Source: an uncultured Acidobacteriota bacterium (lineage in GTDB: Bacteria > Acidobacteriota > Thermoanaerobaculia > UBA5066 > DATFVB01). Taken from it: DNA of 64,000 nt. The stretch spans positions 96,001-160,000 of the forward strand of contig CAWEYG010000001.1 in NCBI GenBank assembly GCA_963813155.1, read 5' to 3'. The position numbers and the translations under genes were made by a program. Each line of letters begins with the position of its first letter. The first letter of the stretch is position 1. Shown one piece after another: positions 31,677 to 43,226 of the stretch. The notes below the pieces were generated by a model, which was not told the DNA's origin, did no database searches, and saw only the letters and a list, made by a program, of their open reading frames with translations.

Positions 31677-34600
31677 ATGCCTTTTTCGAGACGCGCGAAA
31701 CTCTGGAGCCACCTGGGGAAGGAACAGCCGATCCGGGCGGAGCTGTACGGACGCGAGCGTCTGGACGCCGAAGCGGCTCGACTGGCGTCCGCCCACCTCG
31801 GCAGCCTTCGGGCGGGGGGGAGAGGCCCGATGCGGGGCCGCCTCGAGGAGAACGACCGCCAGCTCCGGATGATTCACGCGTCGATCGTCGCGGGGGCCAA
31901 GCGCGGCGAGACCATCTCTCCGGCTGCCGAATGGTTCCTCGACAATTTCCATCTCGTCCTCGACCAGGTCCGCGAAGTCCGTCAGGACTTTCCCGCGCAC
32001 TACGAGCGGGAGCTTCCGCACCTTACCCGGGGAGAGCTCGGCGGTTACCCGCGCGTCTACTCGATCGCCACAACGCTCGTCGCCCACACCGACAGCAGCC
32101 CCGACATGGAGACGCTCAAGAATTTCCTCGACGCGTACCAGGCGGTCTCTCCGCTGTCGATCGGCGAGCTGTGGGCGATTGCCGTCGCGCTCCGCGTCGC
32201 GCTGATCGAGAACCTCAGGCGCCTCGCCGGCCGCATGGAAGTCGCGCGGCGCGAGCGCGCAAAGGCCGACGCCCTCACCGAACGGGTGCTGTCGGCGCTC
32301 GAAACGGCGACCGGCCTTCCGGAGCGGGAGGCGATCGCCGAAGCCGTGTTGAAGGCTCCCGAACGGCGAGAGTTGAGAATCAATCAAACGTTTGCCGTGC
32401 GCCTCATTCAGCGCCTCCGAGACGTCGATCCGTCGCTCTCGACGGTACACCGGTGGATCGAAGAAGGCCTCGCGGCCCAGGGACTCACGGTCGAAAGCGC
32501 GGTGCTGGCCGAGCACCAGAGGCAGACGACCGCGCAGGCGACGATCGCGAACATCATTTCGAGCATGCGGCTCTTCTCGCAGGCCGCATGGCCGGATTTC
32601 GTGGAGTCTGTCAGCGCCGCCGAGCGGGTGCTCGAGGAGGACCCGGCGGGAGCCTATCCGCACCAGGATTTCGAGACCCGGGACCGCTACCGGCACGTCC
32701 TCGAAGCGCTCGGGAACAGGGATGGCGCGCGCGAGCTGGCCGCCGCGCGCCGCGCCGTGGAGCTGGCGAGCGAGGGAGCCGCGCCCCGCGAACGCCACGT
32801 CGGCCACTACCTCGTGGACGCCGGCCGTCCGATCCTCGAGCGCGAGCTGGGCGTGCGCCCCGGGCTCGCGGCTGCCACCCGCCGTCTCGTCCTTCGCTCC
32901 CCTGCGGCGTTCTACATCGGGTCGATTCTCCTGATCACCGCGGCGATGGAGGCGATTGCAGGCGCCTACGTCCGGGCCCACGGAGCGGGCTGGACGATGC
33001 TCGCCGTGTCTCTCCTCCTGTCCCTGATCCCGGGAACGGAGCTCGCGCTCTCGATCGTGAATTTTTCCGTCAACTTCCTGATTCCTCCCCGCCGGCTTCC
33101 GAAGCTCAAATGGCGCGACGGCATCCCGGAGGACTTCCAGACGCTCGTCGCGGTCCCGTCTTTTCTCGGCGACGAGGAGGAAATCCGCGAGCTTCTGTCT
33201 TCACTCGAAATCCGCTCCTACGCCAACCCCGACCCGAACCTCCGCTTTGCTCTCCTGACCGACTTCGGGGACGCGGACACGGAGACACTGCCGGACGAAG
33301 ACCGGCGTCTTCAGCTGGCCGAGGACGGAATCCGGGATCTCAACTCCCGGGCCTCATCGCCCGGGCGATTCTGGCTTCTCCACCGAAAGCGGCTGTGGAA
33401 CGCGGCGGAGGGGAAGTGGATGGGGTGGGAGCGAAAACGCGGAAAACTGACGGAGCTCAACCGCCTCCTTCGCGGCCGCGGACCCACGAGTTTCGAGGTC
33501 GTGACCGCCGAACCGGCTGCCCTGGCGAAAATCCGGTTCGTTCTCACGCTCGACGCCGACACGCGGCTTCCCCGGGAGTCCGCGAGCGCGCTCGTGGGGA
33601 CCCTCGCGCACCCGCTGAACCTTCCGCGGTCGGATGCGAAGACCGGGCGCGTCGTCGCGGGCTGCTCGATCGTCCAACCGCGCGTCTCCATCACTCCGGA
33701 AAGCGCGAATCGCTCTCCGTTCGCCCAGATCTCCTCCGGCCACGCGGGGATCGACCCCTACACGACCGCCGTCTCCAACGTCTACCAGGACCTCTTCGGC
33801 GAGGGCAGCTTCACCGGAAAAGCAATTTACGACGTGGACGCGTTCGAGTCCGCGCTCGCCGGGCGAATCCCGGAAAACGCGATCCTCTCGCACGACCTGC
33901 TCGAGGGCTGTCTCGCCGGCTCGGCTCTCGCAACCGACATCGAGATCTTCGAAGACCATCCCTCGTCCTACGACGTCTACACGCGCCGGCAGCACCGCTG
34001 GATCCGCGGAGACTGGCAGATCGCCCGGTGGCTCGGCCGCAGTGTGCCGATGGAAAGAGGAATCGAGGCGAACCCGCTTTCGGCAATTTCCCGATGGAAG
34101 ATCCTCGACAACTTGAGGCGGAGCCTCCTCGCACCGGCCCTTTTCCTCTGGCTCGCCGCCGCCTGGCTCTTCCTCCCGGGCTCTCCCTTTTTCTGGACGA
34201 CTCTCGCGATGTCCGCGATCGCTTTCCCGATCATCTTTCATCTCGCCGAAGGCCTCACCATCCACGCCCGGGGCGTTCCCTGGACGAGCCAGTTCTGGAG
34301 CGTCTGGGGAGATCTGCTGGACAATTGCGCGCAGTTCGCGCTTCGCGTCGCCTTCCTTCCCCACCTTGCGGAGGTTTCGATCGACGCCGCCAGCCGGGCC
34401 CTTTTCCGGCAGCTGATCTCCCACCGGCGACTCCTGGAGTGGACGACGGCGGCCGCCGCCGAAAAGGACCGCGTCTCCTCGGTCGCCGGCTACGCAAGGC
34501 GAATGGGGAGAAGCTGGGTGGTGTCCGCAGCGCTCGCCGGGGCGATCGTGGCGATCGCCCCGCGCCACCTGCCGGCCGCCGCCGGGTTCCTCCTCCTCTG

Positions 34601-37600
34601 GCTGATCTCGCCGGCGCTCGCCGCGGGCGTGAGCCGGCCGATTCGCCGGGAGCGACGCGAGCTGTCCGCCGAGGACGTGCTCGAGCTTCGCGAAACCGCT
34701 CGCCTGACGTGGAGATTCTTCGAGAAGTTCGCGAACGCGGAAGAGCACGATCTCCCCCCCGATAACTATCAGGAGGACCCCGAGCCGCGTGTCGCGCACC
34801 GGACCTCTCCGACGAACATCGGGTTCTCTCTTTTGTCGGCCGTCGCGGCCTTCGATTTCGGGTACGTGGGGATACGCGACCTCGTCGAACGCCTCGAACG
34901 GACGCTCGGCGTCGTGGAATCGCTCCCGCGGCTTCGCGGGCATCTCTACAACTGGTACGACACGACGACCCTCGCACCCCTTCCGCCTCGCTACGTCTCG
35001 TCGGTCGACAGCGGAAACCTCGCGGCAAGTCTCATCGCGCTCAAGCAGAGCTGCCTCGAGCTGGCCGAGAGCTCGCCCCGACCTCCCTGGAGGGACGGGC
35101 TCGCCGATCTGATCCGTCTCGTTCAGAAGGAGGTCGATGCGATCCCCGCCTCGGGCGTTCGGACGGAGGCGATCCCGCTGCGCCAGCTCCGAAATCAGGT
35201 GCTCGCGCTCGGAGCGCTGCCCGCCTCGCCGAATGCGCTCGAAAGCGAAGTTCTCGCCGAAATCGAACAGAGCGGCTCGGCCCTCGAAGACGCCGTGCGG
35301 GCGCTCGCCCAGGAGCACGCGGAGATCCCGCTCGCCCAGCTGCTCGGCCTCCTCGGCGACGTGGCGCGGCAGGCCCGGTCTCTCGCGCGCGATTCCGAAG
35401 GCCCCGCCGACGCGCCGGCGATCGAACAGCGGCTCCGGGGGATCGCGAATCGCGCGCAAAAATTCGTGGACGAGACAGACTTCTCGTTTCTCTTCGACGG
35501 GGAAAGAAAGGTCTTTTCGATCGGCTGGAACGCGCAGATGGAGCGTCTGGACAAGTCGTACTACGACCTCCTGATCTCCGAGGCTCGGCTGACGAGCTTC
35601 TGCGCGATCGCCAAGGGCGACGTGCCGACGGAGCACTGGTTTCGCCTGCAGAGGCCGTTCGCCGTTTCTTTCAAGCGTCCGGTCCTTCTGTCCTGGTCGG
35701 GAAGCATGTTCGAGTACCTGATGCCCCTGATCCTCCTCCGGTCGTATCCCGACACGCTGCTGCACGAGACGTGCACAGCGGCGGTCGAGGCGCAGGTGCA
35801 GTACGTCCGGGGAAAGAAGATTCCCTGGGGCGCGTCGGAATCCGCCTACAACGCCCGGGACCTGCACCTCAACTACCAGTACGGCCCGTTCGGCGTGCCG
35901 GAGCTCGGCCTTCGCCGCGTTGCGCCGGACGAGCTCGTGATCTCTCCCTACTCGACATTCCTCGCGCTGCTCGCGGACCCTTCGGGAGCGCCGGAAAACC
36001 TTCGTCGGCTCGCGGCCGAGGGAGCGCGCGGAGACTTCGGCTTCTACGAGTCGATCGACTACACGCCGAGGCGCCTGCCCCCCGGCTCGACACGCTCCGT
36101 CGTCAAAGCGTTCATGGCCCACCACCAGGGGATGATCCTTCTCTCGATCCACAACGCCGTCCTCGCGGATCGCATGCGAAACCGGTTTCACTCGGACCCG
36201 GCAGTCCAGGCCACCGAGCTGCTGCTGCAGGAGCGGATCCCGCGCAACACGTCCGCGCTCGCCGGTTCGATCGTCGCCCAGGTGGCGGCTGGCCGGGTCG
36301 TCCGCGAGGAAATCGCGATCCCGACCCGGCGGTTCGATTCGCCCGATTCCTCGACGCCGCGCAGCCAGATTCTCTCGAACGGTTCCTACTCCGTGCTCGT
36401 GACGGTGGCCGGTTCCGGATTTTCCCAACGGGGCGGCCTGGCGGTTACCCGGTGGCGTGACGACCCCACGTCCGATTCCTGGGGCTCCTGGATCTACCTG
36501 CGCGACGTGAGAAGCGGCCAGCGATGGTCGGCAGGGCATCAGCCGACGCTCCGGCGCGCGAAGAGATACGAGGCGAAGTTCTCCGAGCACAAGGCTGAAT
36601 TCCTGCGCATCGACGAGGGCATCGAAACGCGCATGGAGGTGATCGTCTCCGCGCAGGCGGACGTGGAGATCCGGCGAGTCACGCTGACGAACACCTCGAC
36701 GAGGGCGCGCGACGAGCGGGACATCGAAGTGACGAGCTACGCCGAAATCGTCCTCGCGCCGCAGGCTGCCGACATCGCCCATCCCGCCTTTTCGAAGATG
36801 TTCCTCGAGACGGAGTGGACTGGCGGGAGGCTGCTCTGCAGCCGCCGGCCGCGCTCGCCGGAGGACAAGCCGGCGTTCGCCGCGCACGCGATGGCGGTGT
36901 CGGGCACGAGCCTCGGGGGCGTGCAGCACGAGACCGACCGCGCCCGCTTCCTCGGCCGCGGGCGGTCTCCCCGCGCCCCGGCCGTGCTCGTCGAGGATCG
37001 CCCGCTCTCCGACACGACGGGCGCAGTTCTCGACCCGATCTTCTCCCTGCGCCATCGCGTTCGCGTGCCGGCGGGCCACAGCGTCCAGATCGCGTTCGTG
37101 ACCTCGGCGGCCGACACGAGGGAAGATGCGCTCGCCCTCGTCGACCGATTCAAGGACCCCGCGCTGTTTGACCGCGAATCCTCTCTCGCGTGGATGCGGT
37201 CGCAGGTGCTGTTGAGGCACCTGAACATCACGAGCGACGAGGCCCAGCTGTTCCAGCGCCTCGCGACCCGCGCCTTCTACAACGACCCGAGCCTGCGGCC
37301 CGCCTCGGAGCTCCTGGCCCGCAACACGGGCTCGGCCCGAGCGCTCTGGGCCCACGGCATCTCCGGGGACCTTCCGATCGTGCTCGTCCGAATCGCCGAC
37401 ATGGAGGAGATCGATCTCGCGCGGCAGCTCCTGCGGGCGCACGAATACTGGAGCCTCAAGGGGATCACGGTCGATCTCGCGATCGTCAACGAGAGCGGGT
37501 CCGCGTATCTTCAGCCGCTCCAGGACCAGCTCAATGCGATCCTGGCGGCGTCTCCTTCGCGCCTCTTCGCGGGCAAGGCCGGGAGGAATCTTTCTTCGCA

Positions 37601-40206
37601 GCGCGGACCAGATTCCCGAGCAGGAGCGAATCGTGCTGGAGACGGCCGCCCGGGCGGTCCTCGTCGGGTCGAAGGGAACTCTCTCCGATCAGGTCCAGCG
37701 GATTCCTTCGAGCGAGATCCTGCCGGCCGCATTCGCGTCGACCGCACCGATCACGCCGCCGGCCGGCAACCCTCCCCTCGAGACCGGCAAGCTCTCGTTC
37801 TTCAATGGAATCGGCGGCTTCTCCGCGGACAGGCGCGAATACGTGATCGTTCTCCTCGAGAATCAGTACACCCCTTCGCCGTGGTCCAACGTGGTGTCGA
37901 ACCCGTCTTTCGGCTTTCTCGTCACCGAATCCGGCTCGGGCTGCACCTGGGCGGAAAACAGCCACGAAAACCGCCTCACGCCCTGGTCCAACGACCCCGT
38001 GACGGATCCGTCCGGCGAGGCAATCTACCTGCGCGACGAAGAGAGCGGCGAAGTGTGGACGCCGACGCCCCTTCCGATTCGGGACGCCGATCCGTATGTC
38101 TGCCGCCACGGCCAGGGCTATTCTCGATTCCTCCACCGGAGAAGCGACATCGAAAGCGACCTCACGATGTTCGTCCCGGTCGCCGACCCCGTGAAGGTCC
38201 TCCGTCTTCGCCTGACGAACCGGTCGGCGTCGCCCCGCAAGATTTCGGCGACGTTCTACGCCGAGTGGGTTCTCGGGTCGGAACGGTCCGCGAGCGCGAG
38301 ATTCGTCGTGACGGAGCCCGACGCGGACCTGCAGGCGATCTTCGCCCGAAACTCCTTCAACGCCGATTTCGCCTCGCGCACGGCATTCGCGCGAGCGAGC
38401 GGAGCGCTGATGTCCTGGACCGCCGATCGCCGCGAGTTTCTGGGGCGAAACGGCCACCTGTCGGACCCCGCCGGGCTCCGGCGCGCAAGCCTGTCCGGCC
38501 GGAGCGGAGCGGCGCTCGATCCGTGCGCGGCCCTCCAGACCGCCGTCGATCTCGCTCCGGGAGAGTCGCGCGACGTCGTTTTCCTGCTCGGGGAAACGGA
38601 CGGCCGCCCGGCCGCGGCCGGGCTGATCCGCCGCTACGGCGAGCCGGGCGGAGCGGAGACGGCGCTGCGCGAGAGCACCGCGGCGTGGGACAGGCTGCTC
38701 GGCGCGGTCCAGGTGCGGACCCCCGACCTCGCCCTCGACCTGATGGTCAATCGCTGGCTCCTCTATCAAACGCTGTCGAGCCGGGTCTGGGGACGGACCG
38801 GCTTCTACCAGTCGAGCGGCGGGTTCGGCTTCCGGGACCAGCTCCAGGACGTCACGGCGCTGCTGGCGTGTGCGCCGGAGCAGGCGCGCGAGCAGATCGA
38901 ACGGGCGGCGTCCCGCCAGTTCCCGGAGGGGGACGTGCAGCACTGGTGGCACCCGCCGTCCGGGCGCGGCATCCGCTCCCGATGTTCCGACGATCTTCTC
39001 TGGCTCCCGTTCGTCGCGGCGCATTTCGCCGAGGTCACCGGCGATTCGACGATCTGGGATGCGGACGCGCCGTTTCTGGACGCGGCGAAGCTCGGCTCGG
39101 ACGAGGTCGAGGCCTATCAGGAGCCGCGCGTGTCCGCCGAGCACGCGACGATCTTCGAGCACTGCGCGCGCGCGATCGACCGCAGCCTCGTCGTCGGAGA
39201 GCACGGCCTCCCGCTGATCGGCAGCGGGGACTGGAATGACGGCTACAACCATGTCGGGATCGGCGGCAAGGGCGAGAGCGTCTGGCTCGGATGGTTCCTC
39301 CTCGCCGTCCTCCAGAGCTTCCAGCCTCTCTGCGAGGCTCGGGGCGACAAAGGCCGAGCCGACCGGTATCGCAAGCACGCCGCCCGGCTCAAGTCCGCGA
39401 TCGAAGCCCACGGATGGGACGGCGACTGGTATCGCCGGGCCTATTTCGACGACGGCGCGACGCTCGGCTCCGCCGCCGACGCCGAGTGCCGCATCGATTC
39501 GTTGTCGCAGACGTGGGCCGTCCTCTCCGGAGCGGGAGACAAGACGCGCACGGCGCGCGCGATGGTGGCCGTCCACGAATACCTCGTGCGCCGGGAGGAC
39601 GGGCTCGTGCTGCTGCTGGCGCCGCCGTTCGACCGTTCGCCCCGCTATCCCGGATACATCCAGGGCTATCCCCCCGGAGTCCGGGAGAACGGGGGCCAGT
39701 ACACCCACGCCGCGGCCTGGGCGGTGATGGCGTTCGCCCAGCTCGGCGACGGCGACCTCGCCTCCGAGCTCTTCTCGTACCTGAACCCGATCTCTCCGAC
39801 GAGCACCCGGGCGGGCCTTCACAAATACAAGGTCGAGCCCTATGTGACCGCGGGCGACGTCTACTCCGTACCGCCGCTGACGGGCCGCGGGGGATGGACC
39901 TGGTACACCGGATCGTCCGGATGGCTGTACCGGGCCGGCGTCGAATCGATCCTCGGCTTCCGGATCGAGGGAAAGCACTTCACGATCGACCCCTGCATCC
40001 CGCGGAGATGGCCCGGCTTCGAGATGGAATACCGCGACGGCGACACGCTGTACAAGATCCGCGTCGAGAACCCGAAGGGCGTCTGCCGCGGCGTCGAGAG
40101 CGTCGAGGTGGACGGAGTCGCCGTTCCCGCGAAGCGGGTCTGCCGCGAGCACGACGCGAAGACCCACGAAGTCGTCGTGAGGCTGGGGTCCGGGTCCGCC
40201 TCTTGA
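31677..40206 (+). CDS. ndvB: Cyclic beta-1,2-glucan synthase (Cgs/NdvB/ChvB; GT84 + glucoamylase-like + GH94), apparent frameshift near 37577
   Basis: AEWFLDN, WMGWERKRGKL, TLDADT, GEGSFTGK, SHDLLEG, RWIRGDWQ, RTSPTNIG, SWSGSMFEYLMP, QSSGGFGFRDQLQD, GDWNDG, RENGGQYTHAA, GRGGWTWYTGSSGW. About 2,840 aa once the frames are joined. Confidence 0.93.
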
Positions 40207-40233
40207 TCTAACGTACGTTATAGCGTACGCTAT
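40203..40233 (+). promoter_or_regulatory. yefM-yoeB promoter/operator
   Basis: TTGATC-N17-TACGCT overlapping two palindromes, TAACGTACGTTA and ATAGCGTACGCTAT, whose CGTACG cores are 12 bp apart. Confidence 0.75.
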
Positions 40234-40237
40234 GGAA

Positions 40238-40480
40238 ATGACGACGATCAGCGCGACGAAGGCGAGGGCCGAGCTCTATCGGCTGCTCGACGAAGCCGCG
40301 GAAAGCCACGAACCAATAGAGATCACCGGCAAGCGCCACAACGGGGTCCTCGTCTCGGAGGAAGACTGGCGCGCGATCCAGGAGACGCTCTATCTCGTCT
40401 CGATTCCCGGGATGCGCGCGTCGATCCGCAGGGGCTTGAAAGCTCCGCTCTCGAAGACCTCCGAGAAGCCCGGTTGGTAG
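40238..40480 (+). CDS. yefM: Phd/YefM antitoxin (alternative start 40232)
   Basis: ISATKARAELYRLLD, PIEITGKR.NGVLVSEEDW.AIQETLYL..IPGM. Confidence 0.92.
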   Translation: MTTISATKARAELYRLLDEAAESHEPIEITGKRHNGVLVSEEDWRAIQETLYLVSIPGMRASIRRGLKAPLSKTSEKPGW

Positions 40481-40746
40481 AGGGGCCCTGGCGGGTCGTC
40501 TTCACGAGTCAGGCTCAGAAGGACGCCCGAAAAATCGCCCAATCGGGACTTCGCTCGAAAGCCGAAGGACTGATCGAGATTCTCCGGAAGAATCCCCGAC
40601 AGACCCCTCCCCCGTTCGAGAAGCTCGTTGGAGACCTCGCCGGCGCCTGCTCGCGCCGAATCAACCTCCAGCACCGGCTCGTCTACCAAATCCTCGACAA
40701 ACAGAGGACCGTGAAGGTGATCCGCATGTGGACGCACTACGAGTAG
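40474..40746 (+). CDS. yoeB: Txe/YoeB family toxin
   Basis: PPPFEKLVGDLAGACSRRINLQHRLVYQ...MWTHYE; overlaps the antitoxin. Confidence 0.92.
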   Translation: MVEGPWRVVFTSQAQKDARKIAQSGLRSKAEGLIEILRKNPRQTPPPFEKLVGDLAGACSRRINLQHRLVYQILDKQRTVKVIRMWTHYE

Positions 40747-40776
40747 GTCGGCGGACGCATGCTATCCTCCCGCCCG

Positions 40777-41920
40777 ATGCAGCCCACAGCGCGCGGTGGC
40801 AACCGCGCCGCCACATTCCCCTCGCCCTCTGGGAGAGGGATGAGCGCCGAAGGCGCGAAGGGTGAGGGTGCCCTGCGAATCGCGGTCGTTCCGGGCGACG
40901 GCATCGGCGTCGACGTCACGAAAGAGGCGCTGAAAGTCCTGAACGCCGCCGCGAAAGCCGGGAAGCTCGACGTCGCGACGACCGAGTTCCCGTGGAGCGC
41001 CGATCACTACCTGAAGACCGGCGAATCGCTGCCGAAAGGCGCGTTCGACGACCTGCGCGCGAACTACGACGCGATCTTCATGGGCGCCTTCGGAGACCCG
41101 CGGGTCCCCGACATGGCCCACGCGCGCGACATCCTGCTCGGCGCCCGGTTCGTTCTCGACCTGTACGTCAACGCGCGTCCGATCCGGTGCCTCGACGATC
41201 GCCTCAACCCGCTGAAGGGCTTTCGGGCCGCCGACATCGACTTCGTGATCTTCCGCGAGAACACGGAGGGCTCCTACGCGGGGACGGGCGGCAACTTCAA
41301 GAAGGGGACGCCCGACGAGGTCGCGCTCCAGGAGGACATCTCCACGCGCAAAGGCGTCGAGCGGATCGTCCGCCACGCCTTCGAGTTCGCGAAGACCCGC
41401 GGCAAGAAGAAAGTCTGCATGTCGGACAAGAGCAACGCGATGCGCTTCGTCGGAGACCTCTGGCAGCGGACGTTCTGGGAAATCGCGAAGGAGTACCCCA
41501 CGATCGAGGCGTCGCACCTCTACGTCGACGCGCTCGTCATGCAGATGGTCAAGGACCCGACGCAGTTCGAGGTCGTCGTCACGAACAACATGTTCGGAGA
41601 CATCACGACGGACCTCGGCGCCGCTCTCCAGGGCGGCCTCGGAATGGCGGCCTCCGGAAATCTCCATCCGGGGCAAGATCTCCATGTTCGAACCCGTCCA
41701 CGGCTCCGCGCCGAAATACGCGGGCACGGGAAAGGCGAACCCGTTCGGAGCGATCCTGACCGTGGCAATGATGCTCGAGCACCTCGGAGCCGCGGAGTCC
41801 GCGCGAGCGATCGAATCGGCCGTCCAGACGTGCGTCGAACAGAAACGGTGCACGGCGGACATCGGAGGCTCCCGAACGACTTCCCAGGCCGGCGACGCCG
41901 TCGTTTCGCTGCTCGGTTGA
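40777..41920 (+). CDS. Isocitrate/3-isopropylmalate/tartrate dehydrogenase family (apparent frameshift near 41671)
   Basis: IAVVPGDGIG, FRENTEG, DKSN, NMFGDITTD, then MFEPVHGSAPK...NPFGAIL in the next frame. Start is 40777 or 40840. Confidence 0.88.
40818..40868. repeat. REP-like element (CCCTCxCCC...GGGAGAGGG...GGGTGAGGG family)
   Basis: CCCCTCGCCCTCTGGGAGAGGGATGAGCGCCGAAGGCGCGAAGGGTGAGGG; related to 43161-43223. Confidence 0.65.
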
Positions 41921-41963
41921 ATGCCGCGCCCCTTCCTTAACGGTTCTTAAGCAAGTACCAATC

Positions 41964-41979
41964 CGGCACCTCCCTTGCA
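41964..41979 (+). promoter_or_regulatory. Putative sigma-54 promoter
   Basis: CGGCACCTCCCTTGCA (GGCAC-N5-TTGCA). Confidence 0.7.
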
Positions 41980-42032
41980 CCGCCCCCGGGACTTTCAACC
42001 CCGGGTCCGCCCCGGAGAAAGGGAGCAGAAAG

Positions 42033-43157
42033 ATGAACCGGACATTAACGAGAACGCGCCATCGAGGAGCGGGGATCGCTTTCGCCGCGCTGCTGACGCT
42101 CGCGGCCGGGACGGCGTCCGCGCAGCGTTACATCCAGCACAACCTCGTCTCGGACGTGCCGTCGCTCGCGCCTCGCACGGATCCGAATCTCGTCAACGCG
42201 TGGGGAATCGCGCACAGCCCCACCGGCCCGATCTGGATCGCGAACAACGGCAGCGGGACTTCGACCGTCTACGACGAGAACGGACTCCCCGTTCCGAACA
42301 AGACCGCGCCGCTCGTCGTCGCGATTCCCGAAGGGACGGCCAACACGGAGGGCGGCGTCCCGACCGGAACGGTTTTCAACGGGACCGGGCAGTTCGTCGT
42401 TTCGGCGAATGGAAAGAGCGGCTCGGCCGTTTTCCTCTTCGCCGGCGAGGACGGGACGATCTCCGGCTGGAACCCGGGGGTGAACCCGACGCAGGCGATT
42501 CTCGGGGTCGACAACTCGACGAGCGGAGCGGTGCACAAGGGAATTGCCCTCGGAGCGATGGGCTCGAACAATCTCGTGTACGTGACGAACTTCAATTCCG
42601 GTAATGTCGATGCGTACGATTCGAGCTTCGCGTTCGCGTTCTCTTTCACGGATTCGTCCCTCACGGCCCTGGGTTACGCGCCATTCGGCATCGCGAACAT
42701 CAACGGAAACCTGTTCGTGAGCTTTGCCCAGCAGGACGCCGACAAACACGACGATGTGGCCGGCCCGGGTCACGGCTATGTCGACGAGTTCGACACGAGC
42801 GGAACACTGATCAAGCAGTTCGCCGCGCAGGGAACTCTCAATTCGCCGTGGGGAATGACGCTCGCGCCGGACAACTTCGGCCATTTCTCCGGGGCGTTGC
42901 TCGTCGGAAACTTCGGGGACGGCCGGATCAACTCTTTCGACCCGTCGACCGGGGCATTCCTCGGGCAGATGGCAAATCCGAACGGCTCGCCGCTCGCGAT
43001 CGACGGGCTCTGGGGCCTCGCGTTCGGGAACGGTACGCAAGGAGGAGGCGCGGCCAACCAGCTCTACTTCACGGCCGGGCCCGAGGGCGAAAGCCACGGC
43101 CTCTTCGGAAGAATTCAGGCGATTCCGGGACTCGCGCAGATGAACGGACGCAACTGA
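42033..43157 (+). CDS. TIGR03118 family secreted protein
   Basis: Y.QHNLVSD, DPNLVNAWG, PTGTVFN, EDGTISGW, YAPFGI, LNSPWG, LLVGNFGDGRI, IDGLWGLAFGNG, LYFTAGP..ESHGLFG. Confidence 0.9.
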   Translation: MNRTLTRTRHRGAGIAFAALLTLAAGTASAQRYIQHNLVSDVPSLAPRTDPNLVNAWGIAHSPTGPIWIANNGSGTSTVYDENGLPVPNKTAPLVVAIPEGTANTEGGVPTGTVFNGTGQFVVSANGKSGSAVFLFAGEDGTISGWNPGVNPTQAILGVDNSTSGAVHKGIALGAMGSNNLVYVTNFNSGNVDAYDSSFAFAFSFTDSSLTALGYAPFGIANINGNLFVSFAQQDADKHDDVAGPGHGYVDEFDTSGTLIKQFAAQGTLNSPWGMTLAPDNFGHFSGALLVGNFGDGRINSFDPSTGAFLGQMANPNGSPLAIDGLWGLAFGNGTQGGGAANQLYFTAGPEGESHGLFGRIQAIPGLAQMNGRN

Positions 43158-43160
43158 AGA

Positions 43161-43223
43161 TCCTCACCCCGTCCTCACGGACACCCCTCTCCACAAGTTG
43201 TGGAGAGGGGCCGGGGGTGAGGA
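43161..43223. repeat. REP-like palindromic element between convergent genes
   Basis: TCCTCACCCC...CCCCTCTCCACAAGTTGTGGAGAGGGG...GGGGTGAGGA nested inverted repeat. Confidence 0.75.
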
Positions 43224-43226
43224 AAA

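Noticed and set aside
37580-39239. C-terminal ~550 aa of the 2525-aa ORF as a novel domain
   Set aside because: Out-of-frame read-through after the frameshift; the conserved GH94 sequence is in the 37534..40206 frame.
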